Shown here: positions 11,288 to 34,297 of the stretch, piece after piece | Position numbering within the stretch: position 1 is the first letter of the stretch | Layout: the number at the start of each line of letters is the position of its first letter | Source of the DNA: Collodictyon triciliatum | Taxonomy: Eukaryota | NCBI GenBank assembly: GCA_043381765.1 | Contig: JBHJMP010001012.1 | Coordinates: forward strand, 1-35,708 | Length of the DNA stretch: 35,708 bases | Direction: 5' to 3' | Notes under the pieces: generated by a model | Told to the model about the DNA's origin: nothing | Seen by the model: only the letters and a program-made list of their open reading frames with translations | Database searches by the model: none | Program-made: the position numbers and the translations under genes

Positions 11288-11702
11288 CTCTTCAGTTTTG
11301 CTCTCTCATCCAACGGACAAACACTCCAACCACAACCCGCGCTTTCGCCGCAGCCTTTTCGCCGAATAGAGCGACACTTGCCTTGATCAAAAAGCAAAAA
11401 ATAGATACCATATATTGTATACTATATTAAAATTACCGCACCACTCCAGGCCAGTTCGCAGATTTTGATGCTTGCACGCTAGTTTTTCGCGAGCAGATCG
11501 CACATAGAAGGCTGCTTTGTTTCTGCCAACGAGGAGGGGAAGTTGTTGCATCCATTATTGCGAGCAAATGCTGTCTCTAACCCACCGTTTTCAAGTTGAC
11601 CGGAAAAAAAAAGATAAGATGATAAACTATTCTCCAAGCGCTTTACCGTCGCCTTTCTTTTACACTAAACTCATCTGCGAAACCGAAGAGGCAAATAAAA
11701 AA

Positions 11703-12134
11703 ATGGCGTCTGCATTCGAGGAGCTGGGATTGATGCCGGAGTTGACCCGCGCAGTAGAAGAAATGGGATGGAGGTTTATGCCATTTTTTTTATTTCTTCC
11801 TTTTACTTTAGTCTATTGTAATTTTCGAGGATTATGTGACTATTTTTCTGTCCACAAATCAAAGCATTCCAACCGGTATACAAGCGGAGGCCATTCCTTT
11901 GATTCTCGGAGGTGGAGACGTTGCTGCGGTTGGCTCTGATTCCTATCTTTATTATTATAATTATCATTATTATTATTATTATCATTATCTTTATTATTAT
12001 CATTATTATTATAATCATTATTATTATAATCATTATTATTATCATTATTATTATCATGATTATTATCATCATTTCTCTCAATAAACTGTTGAAAAGAAAC
12101 CAAAAAAATGATTATTATCATCATTATTATCATC

Positions 12135-12166
<32 letters not shown>

Positions 12167-14999
12167 CATTATCATTATCATTATCATTATCATTATCATT
12201 ATCATTATCATTATCATTATCAATATCATTCTCATCATCTCAATCATCAAAATCGATATCACTAATATTTCATTCATCGTTAATGTTCATAAATACTATT
12301 AATCCAAAATATCATCTATTATAATGTTTATGCACCGTGATATGCTTATTCTCTGCTTGTGAGCAAAGATTTGACATTTAGCAGGCCAAATTTTTTGCAT
12401 CATAAAATAAAAATCAAACTCTGATGATTATAAAGTCATCTAAAATCTCCTCTTGGCACTGTAGGCAGCTGAGACTGGAAGCGGCAAAACTGGCGTATGC
12501 ATTTATCATTTGTGTGGCTCTAATGAATATATAAGTCTATATTTCCGAATCACAGTTGATTTACATACTAGGTCATACACATTGTTTAGTTAACAGCCAC
12601 ATTTTCTTATCACCTCCAACCCCTTTATTCGTCCTTTTGCTCAATTTCAATTTCTTACATATTTCTGGATTATATCTGCATTCGATGGGGAATAAATTAG
12701 GCATTTTGTCTCCCCATTTTGCAAATATGTCATGAAGAGCTCCGGACAAAGAGAAGCACATCAACGGCATCTCCCAAGTGTAAATATCAGCTCAATATAT
12801 GTGTCATTATCATCAAACTAAAAATAGCAAAAAACATGTTTGTGATACTTCTCTTTGGAAACGAAAAGTAGCCTCTGCTTTTACCGTTCATCTGAGCATT
12901 GAAGACAGAGACTCTCTTTTTGCTGTTTCCTCTGATGGCCTTGTGGGCCAAGCACGCTGCACAAACTGGCANNNNNNNNNNNNNNNNNNNNNNNNNNNNN
13001 NNNNNNNNNNNNNNNNNNNNNNNNNNNNNNNNNNNNNNNNNNNNNNNNNNNNNNNNNNNNNNNNNNNNNNNNNNNNNNNNNNNNNNNNNNNNNNNNNNNN
13101 NNNNNNNNNNNNNNNNNNNNNNNNNNNNNNNNNNNNNNNNNNNNNNNNNNNNNNNNNNNNNNNNNNNNNNNNNNNNNNNNNNNNNNNNNNNNNNNNNNNN
13201 NNNNNNNNNNNNNNNNNNNNNNNNNNNNNNNNNNNNNNNNNNNNNNNNNNNNNNNNNNNNNNNNNNNNNNNNNNNNNNNNNNNNNNNNNNNNNNNNNNNN
13301 NNNNNNNNNNNNNNNNNNNNNNNNNNNNNNNNNNNNNNNNNNNNNNNNNNNNNNNNNNNNNNNNNNNNNNNNNNNNNNNNNNNNNNNNNNNNNNNNNNNN
13401 NNAACTTATGGCCAGCCCTTCAAAATGGGTGACACGATTGGATGCTGCATCGATTTGGATGATTTCCAAGTTTCTTACACAAAAAATGGTCTGTAATATA
13501 TGATATTGATGATTCTATTCTTAAACAAAAAAAAAAAAAAAAAGAAGAAGAATAAGAGTGCTTCGCTACCTTTAAGCTTTATTCATACTTGTTTCTTTTC
13601 ATTTTTCATCACCAAACTGAAAATCAGGCAAAGACCTTGGTATTGCATTCGATATCCCCAGAGAACTCCAAGGAAGCGCTTTTTACCCAGCTGTATATTT
13701 ACAGGTTTTTTTTTTTACTTTTATTTTACGAATTTCATTTATTAAAGAAAAAAATAATTAAGGCCTCATCAATCTTTGCATATGGTTCTTTACTGATGGA
13801 TATTCAGATATTTGACACAATCCATCACATACTTGTTTCCTTTACATACACACATATTGGTATGTGTATAATATAGAATGCTGAAATTACGATGAACTTT
13901 GGAGCTGCTCCAATGTCGTTCCCTTTAGTTGATTTTCCTGATTATTTGCCCATACAGAAGGTTATTTTTAGCCGGAGAGATTTTTTTTATCCAATATTTT
14001 CCATGACTCACTCAATCATGAGCAAGGACAAACCCAAGAAGCAGTTATTGGAAAAGAAAATGAATCAAATCAGGAATCGCATATAAAATTTTATTTGGTA
14101 ACACAGGCCAATGCCCGCCATGTTTCATTTGCTGATAGCGATGCTTCGACTTCAGAGTCTGGGTTTGTTGCTTCCAAGACAGCTGTATCTTTGATTTAAA
14201 TTTTTTTTATTAGTATCACCGACATGTGCTCGCTTGATTGCAAGGAAAATTGTTGATTATCTCTCTTCCCTAAAGTCGTCTCCCACTTGCCATAATTATC
14301 GAGCCGACCCTCGAAATGTCGAACCAAGTATTTGACGAGGTTGTATATTTATATCAATTTTATCTATGCGAGTAATAACATATCTTTTATATTTAAATCC
14401 CCTCAAAGTCAAAATGCCATTTGGCACAATAACTGACGATATCATAACAATAGCTGACAAAATTGGCAGCGTTTGTCACAGACCCCCCAATTCGTATTTT
14501 GTCTACAAACAAGGCGGATGGTCTCAAAGAAGTCACTCAGGTGTTTAGTCTGTTTTGAGCTAGTGACTTCATCCAGTGATAAAAAAAAAAATAGAAAATA
14601 CAAAGCTTAGAGCAATTTTAGTATGACATTTAAGGTATATTTCTTGTCTCCAGGCTATCCGCCAGGGAGTTGACATAGTCATCGGGACGCCAGGTCGTCT
14701 GGAAGGTAAGATAACGGGCGTACATTTGGTGGAATTGTGCACCGAGTTCTCACTTTGAGCCAAATATGCATATAAAAAAGACAACCCCGTCTTATTTTGG
14801 ATTTATATGGCAGGATTGATTGGGTCTAATGCACTCCCTGTGTCAAATATCCGATTTTTGGCACTCGACGAGGCTGATAGGCTATTGGACCCTGGCACAC
14901 AACCCGTGATACTGGGAATCCACAGCGCACTTCCAAAGCAGCGAGGAGGACATCGCCTCCAAGTAAATATCGATAAAATATAGTAATCATAATCTTCAA

Positions 15000-15057
<58 letters not shown>

Positions 15058-17415
15058 GCACCATCTCCCTGAAAATTAATTTCTGTATCCTTCATAGTGC
15101 CTTCTGTTCTCCGCCACGCTTCATTCACCACATATCAAAAGCTGCCTTGACCAAGTTACTCAGCATGCTACATGGGTTGATCTGAAAGGAAGAGATTATG
15201 TTCCTGAGGTAAAATGCATAAAGGAGGAATTTTCGTTGTCTTTAGTGGTCATTTCCATACACATTTCCCTTGCAAGGAAGCTCTTAAAAACATGCTCGTC
15301 TTCTTTTTTTTTTTTTTTTGATCCCCTTTTGGATTATAATACCATAATTTGCTGTAATTTAACTTTATGCAATCGCCAGACTGTCCATCATGTCGTTATT
15401 ACAGTGGACCCGCTGAAGGACAGCCGACGTGCAAAAGGATACTTCACTGACCGCGTCCACATCTCATGTATTCATAATCATTCCTTGAGCCAAGTTGGTC
15501 CGAACGAGCAATTTTATACATCAACAAAAAAATGACTTAAGATAATCATAATTTTACGAAAAGCGGAGGTGAAGCCAAACGGACAAGACCGAAATTCATT
15601 GTCAGATGCTGTCAAGCAGCTCAAACCATCGGTCTTGGTTGACGTTATCAACGAATACAAAATGGACCAGTGCCTTGTGTTTTGTCGAACAAGGTTAGAC
15701 TGTGACAGCCTGAAGGCCTTTTTCGACACGCTGGGAGGCGGAATATCGTGTAATTTTGAAAAAAAAAAATAATCTCCATTTCAATTGCATAATATTTAAC
15801 GGATAGCTTCTTGAAGAATATAATAGAGTGTGGTCTTGCCACGTATCTATAAATCTAAAATAAAGTACGGGGAACCGCGTAATGATCACATTTAAACTTC
15901 CAAACTCCAGTCCGTGGAAAATCTGAAAAAGGTGTCCTGAATGCCTACTCGAGTGTCGTTCTGCATAGCGGACTGAGTCCGAAAATGAGGCAAGAGAATT
16001 TACAGGTGAAGGAGCTTATGCTCATAAGAAATGATTGAATATATTTACAAGAGATGAATGTGTTTTTTTTTTTTAAATCACTTTGATAATATTTACATGT
16101 CATTCATGTATTGGGCAGATCTATTTATTTTTAGTCCTTGCGTCACCTGTCGAGCTTGCGGATATTTACCGTATTTATTTTGCCTATCCAGAACTTTAAG
16201 GACGGTGATGTTCGATTCCTCATTTGTACCGATGTCGCTGCTCGTGGTCTTGATATAAGGGGGCTTCCATACGTTATAAGTAATTGTGTCGATTAAAAAA
16301 ATATAGATAAAAATAATTATTCAAATGCAAATCGAATCCATCATGAATCCTCTCTTTTCGCTCTTGTTTGTCCTCTCAGATATGACCTTGCCGGACCCGC
16401 CAGAGGACTACATCCATCGTATCGGAAGAGTTGGCCGTGCTGGGCATATGGGCCTGTCCATCTCCTTGGTTTCAAGCCATGATGAAAAAGTGCATAGTGC
16501 AGCCAACTAGACATATTCATATATGAATGAAGGCTTCAGTTTCTTATTCTTTTTTTCCTTTACGACATAAATTTCTCACATGCATTGATTTATATATATT
16601 TGCGATTATGTGGTTTAGGTTTGGTACCATCGATGCCAAAGCAGAGGGCAAAACTGTGAGAATAGAAGCATCGACCCGAACACTGGGTGTTGCATTTGGT
16701 ACAGTGAAGGAAAGCTTCTTCAGGTCATAGTTTCCACATTATTATTTTTTCTCACGAATTTTGATCGATATTTTCGCTTCTCTTTATTTGCTATTATTCT
16801 CATGGATAGCCCGATTGTGCGTCTCAAGCATTTTAAAATATACACAACCCCGTTCGTTTCTTCTTTTTTTTTTTCTCATGCAATTATTTTGTATCATCAT
16901 GTTTATTCTGGTGGTATGCCATCGCACAGATGCTTGTTTTCAATAAAGAATCTATGGTATTTATATCTTAAAAGGAGTGTTTCTTCCCCATCTAGGCTGT
17001 GGAGCAGAGACTTGGTGGCGAAAGCGTCAAGAAAGTCAGCGACATCAAGGAACTCATTGCACTTTTCCCGCCTGGTCAGGCAATCCAATACGGACAAATG
17101 AAAGACTCCGAGGTAGGCGCAGTCATACCTTTTTTCGTTGACCAAAGTTTGTTTGCAACCTGTGGTTGATATTGCGAAGCTATTCAAACCCATAAGTTTG
17201 TCTCCGCCTAATTCATCTCTCACAACTATAAAGTGTGCCAACTCACCTTCGATGAAGCAATCACAATTAACGTATCAAACTCTTAGGAATCGAAGCAGTC
17301 GGCCGAGCACGTGGAGCAGCTGAAGCCAGTCGTGCAGCAACTTCGTGATTTAGAGACAAGCGCGCAACGTTCTTTTCTCCTTCTAGCCAAACGATTCAAC
17401 CAAAAGCCAAAATAA
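11703..17415 (+). CDS. DDX1: ATP-dependent DEAD-box RNA helicase DDX1 with SPRY insertion; about 22 exon segments, interrupted by an N gap
   Basis: N-terminus [57 protein letters not shown] matches DDX1. SPRY insert ([13 protein letters not shown]...[18 protein letters not shown]...[11 protein letters not shown]...FYPAV). Motifs [35 protein letters not shown], and the DDX1-type VWYHRC...GCCIWY tail. TAA at 17413-17415. Confidence 0.96.
11947..12225. repeat. (ATT/ATC)n and (ATTATC)n microsatellites in DDX1 intron 2
   Basis: Directly visible; source of the poly-Ile/Tyr-His ORFs. Confidence 0.95.
12972..13402. other. Assembly gap (N run) inside the DDX1 SPRY region
   Basis: N run. Confidence 1.
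15001..15057. repeat. (TTGA)n microsatellite in a DDX1 intron
   Basis: Directly visible. Confidence 0.95.
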
Positions 17416-17554
17416 ACGCAAGGGCGATGGACACAAATACAATCTATCATTCACCAAAAAAAAAAAAAAACTGTCATCACAATCATCATCTCATACTATC
17501 AATCGTATTCATAATCGCCACGATTTCTATCACCAAAGTTGTTTTGAATTAGCT

Positions 17555-23787
<6,233 letters not shown>

Positions 23788-24826
23788 CAGCCGGTGTGTC
23801 AGATGTCTTTTTCCTGTGGTTTCTGCTCAAAAAAAGAAAGGAAAAGAAAAAGGAGTGGATTGAAAGGAAAAGACAGGTCAGGAGTTTACAGTGCCTGTTC
23901 GGTTGTTGTGATTGTTATTATAGTTCATAAAATATATACATTAATTTCAGATCGACACAGCGCCTTGTTTTATGGGCTTCTTTTTTCCAATGTTTTGATT
24001 TTTGATTTTTGATTTTTGGTTTTTGGTTTTTGATTTTTGGTTTGGTTTTTTGATTTTTGTTTGGTCTTTCACAGTGAATACACGATGGCCGCTGATTAAT
24101 ATTTACAATGCCCAGATGCGAAGCTGTGAGATGGATATTAAAAGGCTACCAATGGGACTAAACATAATCCGTCCATCAACCATGCCTTTGTTCGGGTGTG
24201 AATTAGTACCAAACTCTCACACCTCACCACAGCAACCAAAGGCCAGCCTTTCCAACATTCCGAACAGAAAAAAAAAAAAGAAAAGAAAAGCCTGTCATGA
24301 GCTCGTCGGCTTATGGCATTCGCCGACCAACATCGTGGTACGCCGCTTCCACTGCGGCAAACACTAGCAAAAAAAAAAAAAAGTTTCAAGAGCATGAGGA
24401 CTCTGAATCACAAAATGAACACCAAAACATCTTGAACAGTTTTCTGTTTTCTTCTTTTTTTTTTTTTTCCTTTTTGTGTTATACATCTTTTCTTTCTACT
24501 AATATTTCTTTAAAAAGAAAGAACCAAACGCAATCATTTTGTATTGTAAGCAACCATCATTGAGCTATGCGATAATCTATACTCATCGAAATGAGTCATG
24601 TGATAGCTGTGAGACTTGGAGAAGGGTATTTTTACGTTTCCCCAACATTCTACTCGCCCAGAACGCGGACACTCAATTCGTGCTGTCTCCAACAGCATAT
24701 TAAAAAAAATGGCTTATAACTCATGTCTTATTATGCCTTTCAGAATCCCATGTATGACTAGAGTTACTGAGTCTTCATAGAAATATTATCATTTGAACTA
24801 TTCTGACTTTCTGTTTCAAACTGAGT

Positions 24827-27318
24827 TTATCCGCATAACAGTAAAGCTCCAGGGGTATGGTTGACTACAAAAAGGTCTCCTGTGATGCCAAAAGTGAGAC
24901 CAAGTGGTTTGTCGACTAGCAATTCGTGGTATTTGTTTCCTTTCTGGTCGTAAAAGTGGACTTTGTTGTTGGTGTAATCGCCGAGCAGAAATCCACCACG
25001 AGGTCCGCGGCAAATGGAATTGTAACTTGTTTGTATGACAACGACTGTTTTGACAAGGTCGCCCATGTCTGAAAACACAAACACCTCGTTGCCCGCCTCG
25101 GTTGTCACCATAATGTGATTTTCGTCATTAACTGCCAGGCTAAACGGCTTATTCACCCTCGTTGTTGGTTTATCTGCCCAAACACAGCAAGGAGACCCGT
25201 CCGGTAGGAACTTTTTGACTTTGTTGTTTTTACTGTCACTAACATAAAAATTACCGCTCATGTCGTGAGTGGTATTAACCGGTCCCTGAAAATCACTTTC
25301 TATGCTGCCAGAATTGCTCACCGTCATGATGTAATCAAGGCTTGAGTTATACATCTGGACGCGATTTATATCGTACTCGACTGTAACAATATTACCTGTA
25401 GCCGGGCAAACAGATACTCCCGACAAGTTACTGAAATTTTTCAGAGGACTTTTTTTTCCGTCGATGATACCTATGAGATTGAGGCTTGGGGAAACGATCT
25501 GTACGCGGTGGTTGGATTGATCTGCCACGTACAGATGGCCGGTTTTTGGGCTGATAGAAATCCCATGCGGGTTTGAGAACGATAATGGAGACGACACTGT
25601 TTTCGTGGAAGAAATGATGGTTGCTGGGAGCGGGTCTTTTTCGATGATTGGGAAAAAACCACATTGAATCGAGTTCAACAGAATAGAGTCTTTCATTGAT
25701 GATGAATACTGCATGGTTTTCAGATAAAACAAGGGCATGGCGGTGGGGATTTGCTTGGTCCCAGAATTGTCTAGCACAGACTTCGTTCTCCTCAAGACTG
25801 CGTAATTCAGCGCTGCCTGTGAAATCCTCAGCGGCTGGATTTGAAAAGAAATCTGGTTTGCAATGGATTCATTTTTCCGAACAGCCAAGTAGTTCTGCTC
25901 CATGATGACAAGTTGTTTTGCGGATTTACCTCTCAAAACTCGAGTCTATTTGGTATGTAATGAGATGAAAGAAAATCAAACGAAACTTGGTAATCGTATG
26001 CTCCACTCGAAAGAAACATTACTTATGTTCTTTCAAAATGAATGATAATTTGTAAATTGTAACTTTTTGCACTTTACAAATTATATAAAAATAAACGAAT
26101 AGAATTTTTTTTTCGCTCACTCGTTCAATCAAAGCTTCTTCCACAGAAACCACTTCATCCTGTATTGCATTCAATTTTTGCTTGATAATATCATCAGTCT
26201 TCTCGGCTTCATCACAAAGCTATCAAAGATAAAAAAAAAAGTATTTACTCAACGGCTGAAAAGTCTCACAAGGCCGAGGTTCAGAAGAAAAGGAGTTTTG
26301 GCGGTACGATACTAAAATCACATGTTTCTCAAGCCACCAAGGAAAGGGAAAGTATATCTACTTTATTTACATTTCAATAGATTACCCATTTGTGTTAATT
26401 AGAAGGAGAGGGAATAATTAAATATAAAGCGTGATAGAAGTTTAAATAAAGTAACTCCTAAGTCGGCTAACTGCGACTCAGGTAGTTTTGTTTTAAAAAA
26501 ATGAAGCTCCACCGGAAGAGCAGCAAGTCATTTATACATACATACATACATACATACATACATACATACATACATACATACATACATACATACATACATA
26601 CATACATACATACATACATACATACATACATACATACATACATACATACATNNNNNNNNNNNNNNNNNNNNNNNNNNNNNNNNNNNNNNNNNNNNNNNNN
26701 NNNNNNNNNNNNNNNNNNNNNNNNNNNNNNNNNNNNNNNNNNNNNNNNNNNNNNNNNNNNNNNNNNNNNNNNNNNNNNNNNNNNNNNNNNNNNNNNNNNN
26801 NNNNNNNNNNNNNNNNNNNNNNNNNNNNNNNNNNNNNNNNNNNNNNNNNNNNNNNNNNNNNNNNNNNNNNNNNNNNNNNNNNNNNNNNNNNNNNNNNNNN
26901 NNNNNNNNNNNNNNNNNNNNNNNNNNNNNNNNNNNNNNNNNNNNNNNNNNNNNNNNNNNNNNNNNNATACATACATACATACATACATACATACATACAT
27001 ACATACATACATACATACATACATACATACATACATACATACATACATACATACATACATACATACATACATAAAGAAATAAAATTAATTAAAAGAAAAG
27101 AAAGAAAAGAAAATAAAGAAATAAAAAAAGAAAAGAGAAGAAAGAATAAATAAATAAATAAATAAATTAAAAGAAAAGAAAGGAAAAGAGAAGAAAAGAG
27201 AAGAGAAGAAAAGAAAAGAGATTTGATAACTGCAAAGTACCTGATCGAGGCACCCCTCGAGCATTCGCGTCATTGAAAGGGTCTTTTCCTTCGCTTCCTC
27301 GGCTGCAATCGAGCACAT
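24827..27318 (-). CDS. Coiled-coil + NHL-repeat (beta-propeller) protein, TRIM-NHL-like C-terminus; 5' end uncertain (may extend to 27559 or beyond)
   Basis: Exons 27318-27241, 26219-26121 and 25945-24827 join at phase 0 (MCSIAAEEAKEK...LDQ|LCDEAEKTDD...LIER|TRVLRGK...). NHL motifs FSNPHGISI...LYVADQSNHRVQI, FQGP...FYVSDSKNNKVKKF, GDYTNNKVHFY. Confidence 0.85.
26534..27073. repeat. (TACA)n microsatellite spanning assembly gap 26652-26966, intronic in the NHL gene
   Basis: Same repeat on both sides of the N run. Confidence 0.95.
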
Positions 27319-27983
27319 CTGTCTGCGTCTGAACGGATGAATCGTATAAAACATGAGTGGCTCATAAACCTTCGCGTGGACACGACAAACTCGATGAATA
27401 AACCAGAGAATCTCAGTAGAAATCAAAGGAGCACTCTCCAATATTTCTTATCATCGATAACTGGGAGCAAGTAGGCAGTTTTGAACACGTGTTTATTCTT
27501 CAGAACAGAAGTGTGGGTTGCTCGGGCGACCGGGCTTTCGCATTGTTGGATAAGAGAGACTGCAGAGTCAATATCGAAAGATTTTAATTAATTGTGGGGG
27601 AAATGTATTGTATTATGAGAAGGGTGATGTAGAAATAGTTATGGGAAGAAAAGCAGGCGGGGATTAAAGTTCGGGCGTGGGCTGTGAGAGAAAGTCGACA
27701 GGGAAGGTTTTACGACGCAATTCGTGCTTCGTCCACACTCAATATTATTAGATAAGTTTCGGGGATGAAGCCATAGTTTCGCCCTAAAGCCTCTTTTTTT
27801 TTTCTTTTTTTGTGGTTGCATTATGCTAGTGGTTGGTGTGTTTTTGTTCCTTCAGTTGTCTTCCATTCTCTTTCTTCCCCTTTTGACCTGTATTGCTTTG
27901 TTGTCGTTGTTGTTGCTTTTGTTTTGTTTTGTTTTGTTTTGAAGTAAAAGACAAAAAGTAGCATTTCCTTTCGAACCGAACTG

Positions 27984-32708
<4,725 letters not shown>

Positions 32709-33344
32709 TCTGAACTGCTGCCGAGGTGCGGTCTTTTGTGATCAGGGCTGCTGTCTTTGCCGGATTTCCAAGACGCAGGACCTCCAAGTACAACGTCCGT
32801 AAGGAGAGGCTCACAGAAGCTCACAGAAGCTTGGGAAGGGTATTGTGTATATTGTTTATTCTTCTTATTATTATTATTAATTTCGTTTACTCAGGGAAAA
32901 AACGAAGAACTGCGATGCAAAAGGAATAAGCGGTCGTGGAAGAAGTTTGTGAGGAGACCGATCGATAAGTAGAATTAACAAAGTAATCAATAAATGAAAA
33001 GTAATCGATTGCTAGATCCGCGTTGAAAGACATGACTTTGCGATCGATAAAGCGAGTTAAAGCGCGGTATTCTCAGCTTCATAAGGAACTGAGTAACTGG
33101 GTAGATTCGCCTCTCAGTGAGAAGCCCTCTTGTAATTGCTGCTGTTTACCTGCTGTTTTTACAAACTGTCTTTCAACTGTAGTATCACTATGCTTCGGCC
33201 TTTCTGCACGGCTTGATGGAAAGAAATCGTTTGATGTGTTTGGCGGGGTGAGATTCTTGTGGGAAAATGGCATGTGCCGTTACTTCTACATGTGGAAATA
33301 GAATCTAAAATGGTATGATTTACATGTCTGGTTCTGCGTCATGT

Positions 33345-33598
33345 CTTTTTTTCATTGTTTTTTCCTTTTATTCATTCTTTTTTTCATTCTTTTTTTCATT
33401 CTTGTTTTTTCCTTATCTTCACTCTTTTTTTTTGATTGTTTTCCTTTTATTCATTCTTTTCTTCATTCTTTTTTCTTCATTCTTTTTTCTTCATTCTTTT
33501 TTCTTCATTCTTTTTTCTTCGTTCTTTTTTTCATTCTTTTTTCACTCTTTTTCTTCATTCTTTTTTCATTCTTTTTTCTTCATTCCTTTTCTTTATTT
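33345..33598. repeat. Pyrimidine-rich degenerate (TTCATTCTTTTT..)n tract in the divergent intergenic region
   Basis: Directly visible; source of the Phe-rich ORFs. Confidence 0.85.
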
Positions 33599-33795
33599 TG
33601 GGGTTGCCGAAAAAGAAGAGCATTTTCATTTCACTCGCTGCGGGGTCAGAAGATCGGCGGTGTGTTCGACAGTCTGGTTCGCTGGACGATACTGCGGCCG
33701 AGCCCAAAACTTCTGGACAACATCATCCAGCGAAGGTAGAAAACGAAGGGCCGTAATTAAAAGAGGGGGAAGAAGAGAAAATGTCCAGATTGATT

Positions 33796-34241
33796 NNNNN
33801 NNNNNNNNNNNNNNNNNNNNNNNNNNNNNNNNNNNNNNNNNNNNNNNNNNNNNNNNNNNNNNNNNNNNNNNNNNNNNNNNNNNNNNNNNNNNNNNNNNNN
33901 NNNNNNNNNNNNNNNNNNNNNNNNNNNNNNNNNNNNNNNNNNNNNNNNNNNNNNNNNNNNNNNNNNNNNNNNNNNNNNNNNNNNNNNNNNNNNNNNNNNN
34001 NNNNNNNNNNNNNNNNNNNNNNNNNNNNNNNNNNNNNNNNNNNNNNNNNNNNNNNNNNNNNNNNNNNNNNNNNNNNNNNNNNNNNNNNNNNNNNNNNNNN
34101 NNNNNNNNNNNNNNNNNNNNNNNNNNNNNNNNNNNNNNNNNNNNNNNNNNNNNNNNNNNNNNNNNNNNNNNNNNNNNNNNNNNNNNNNNNNNNNNNNNNN
34201 NNNNNNNNNNNNNNNNNNNNNNNNNNNNNNNNNNNNNNNNN
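33796..34241. other. Assembly gap (N run), probably covering the start of the last gene
   Basis: N run. Confidence 1.
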
Positions 34242-34297
34242 ATCTGTCTATAATTCCTCACAATTCCAATTATCGCCTCATTGTTTGTTTGAAACAG

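Noticed and set aside
11001-12302. Phe/Cys-, Ile- and Tyr/His-rich ORFs
   Set aside because: Translations of simple-sequence repeats in intergenic or intronic DNA.
12799-13503. Long X-containing ORFs here and at 26467-27082 and 33315-34407
   Set aside because: Artefacts of translating through N gaps; only short flanks are real exons.
24342-24368. Hairpin followed by CTAG as a Helitron 3' end
   Set aside because: CTAG is followed by C rather than T, and no matching 5' TC end or Rep/helicase remnant was seen.
33023-33301. Short overlapping ORFs (33023-33301 +, 33079-33273 -)
   Set aside because: No recognisable motif and no convincing splice link to the neighbouring genes; likely promoter or 5' UTR sequence, though a small upstream exon cannot be excluded.
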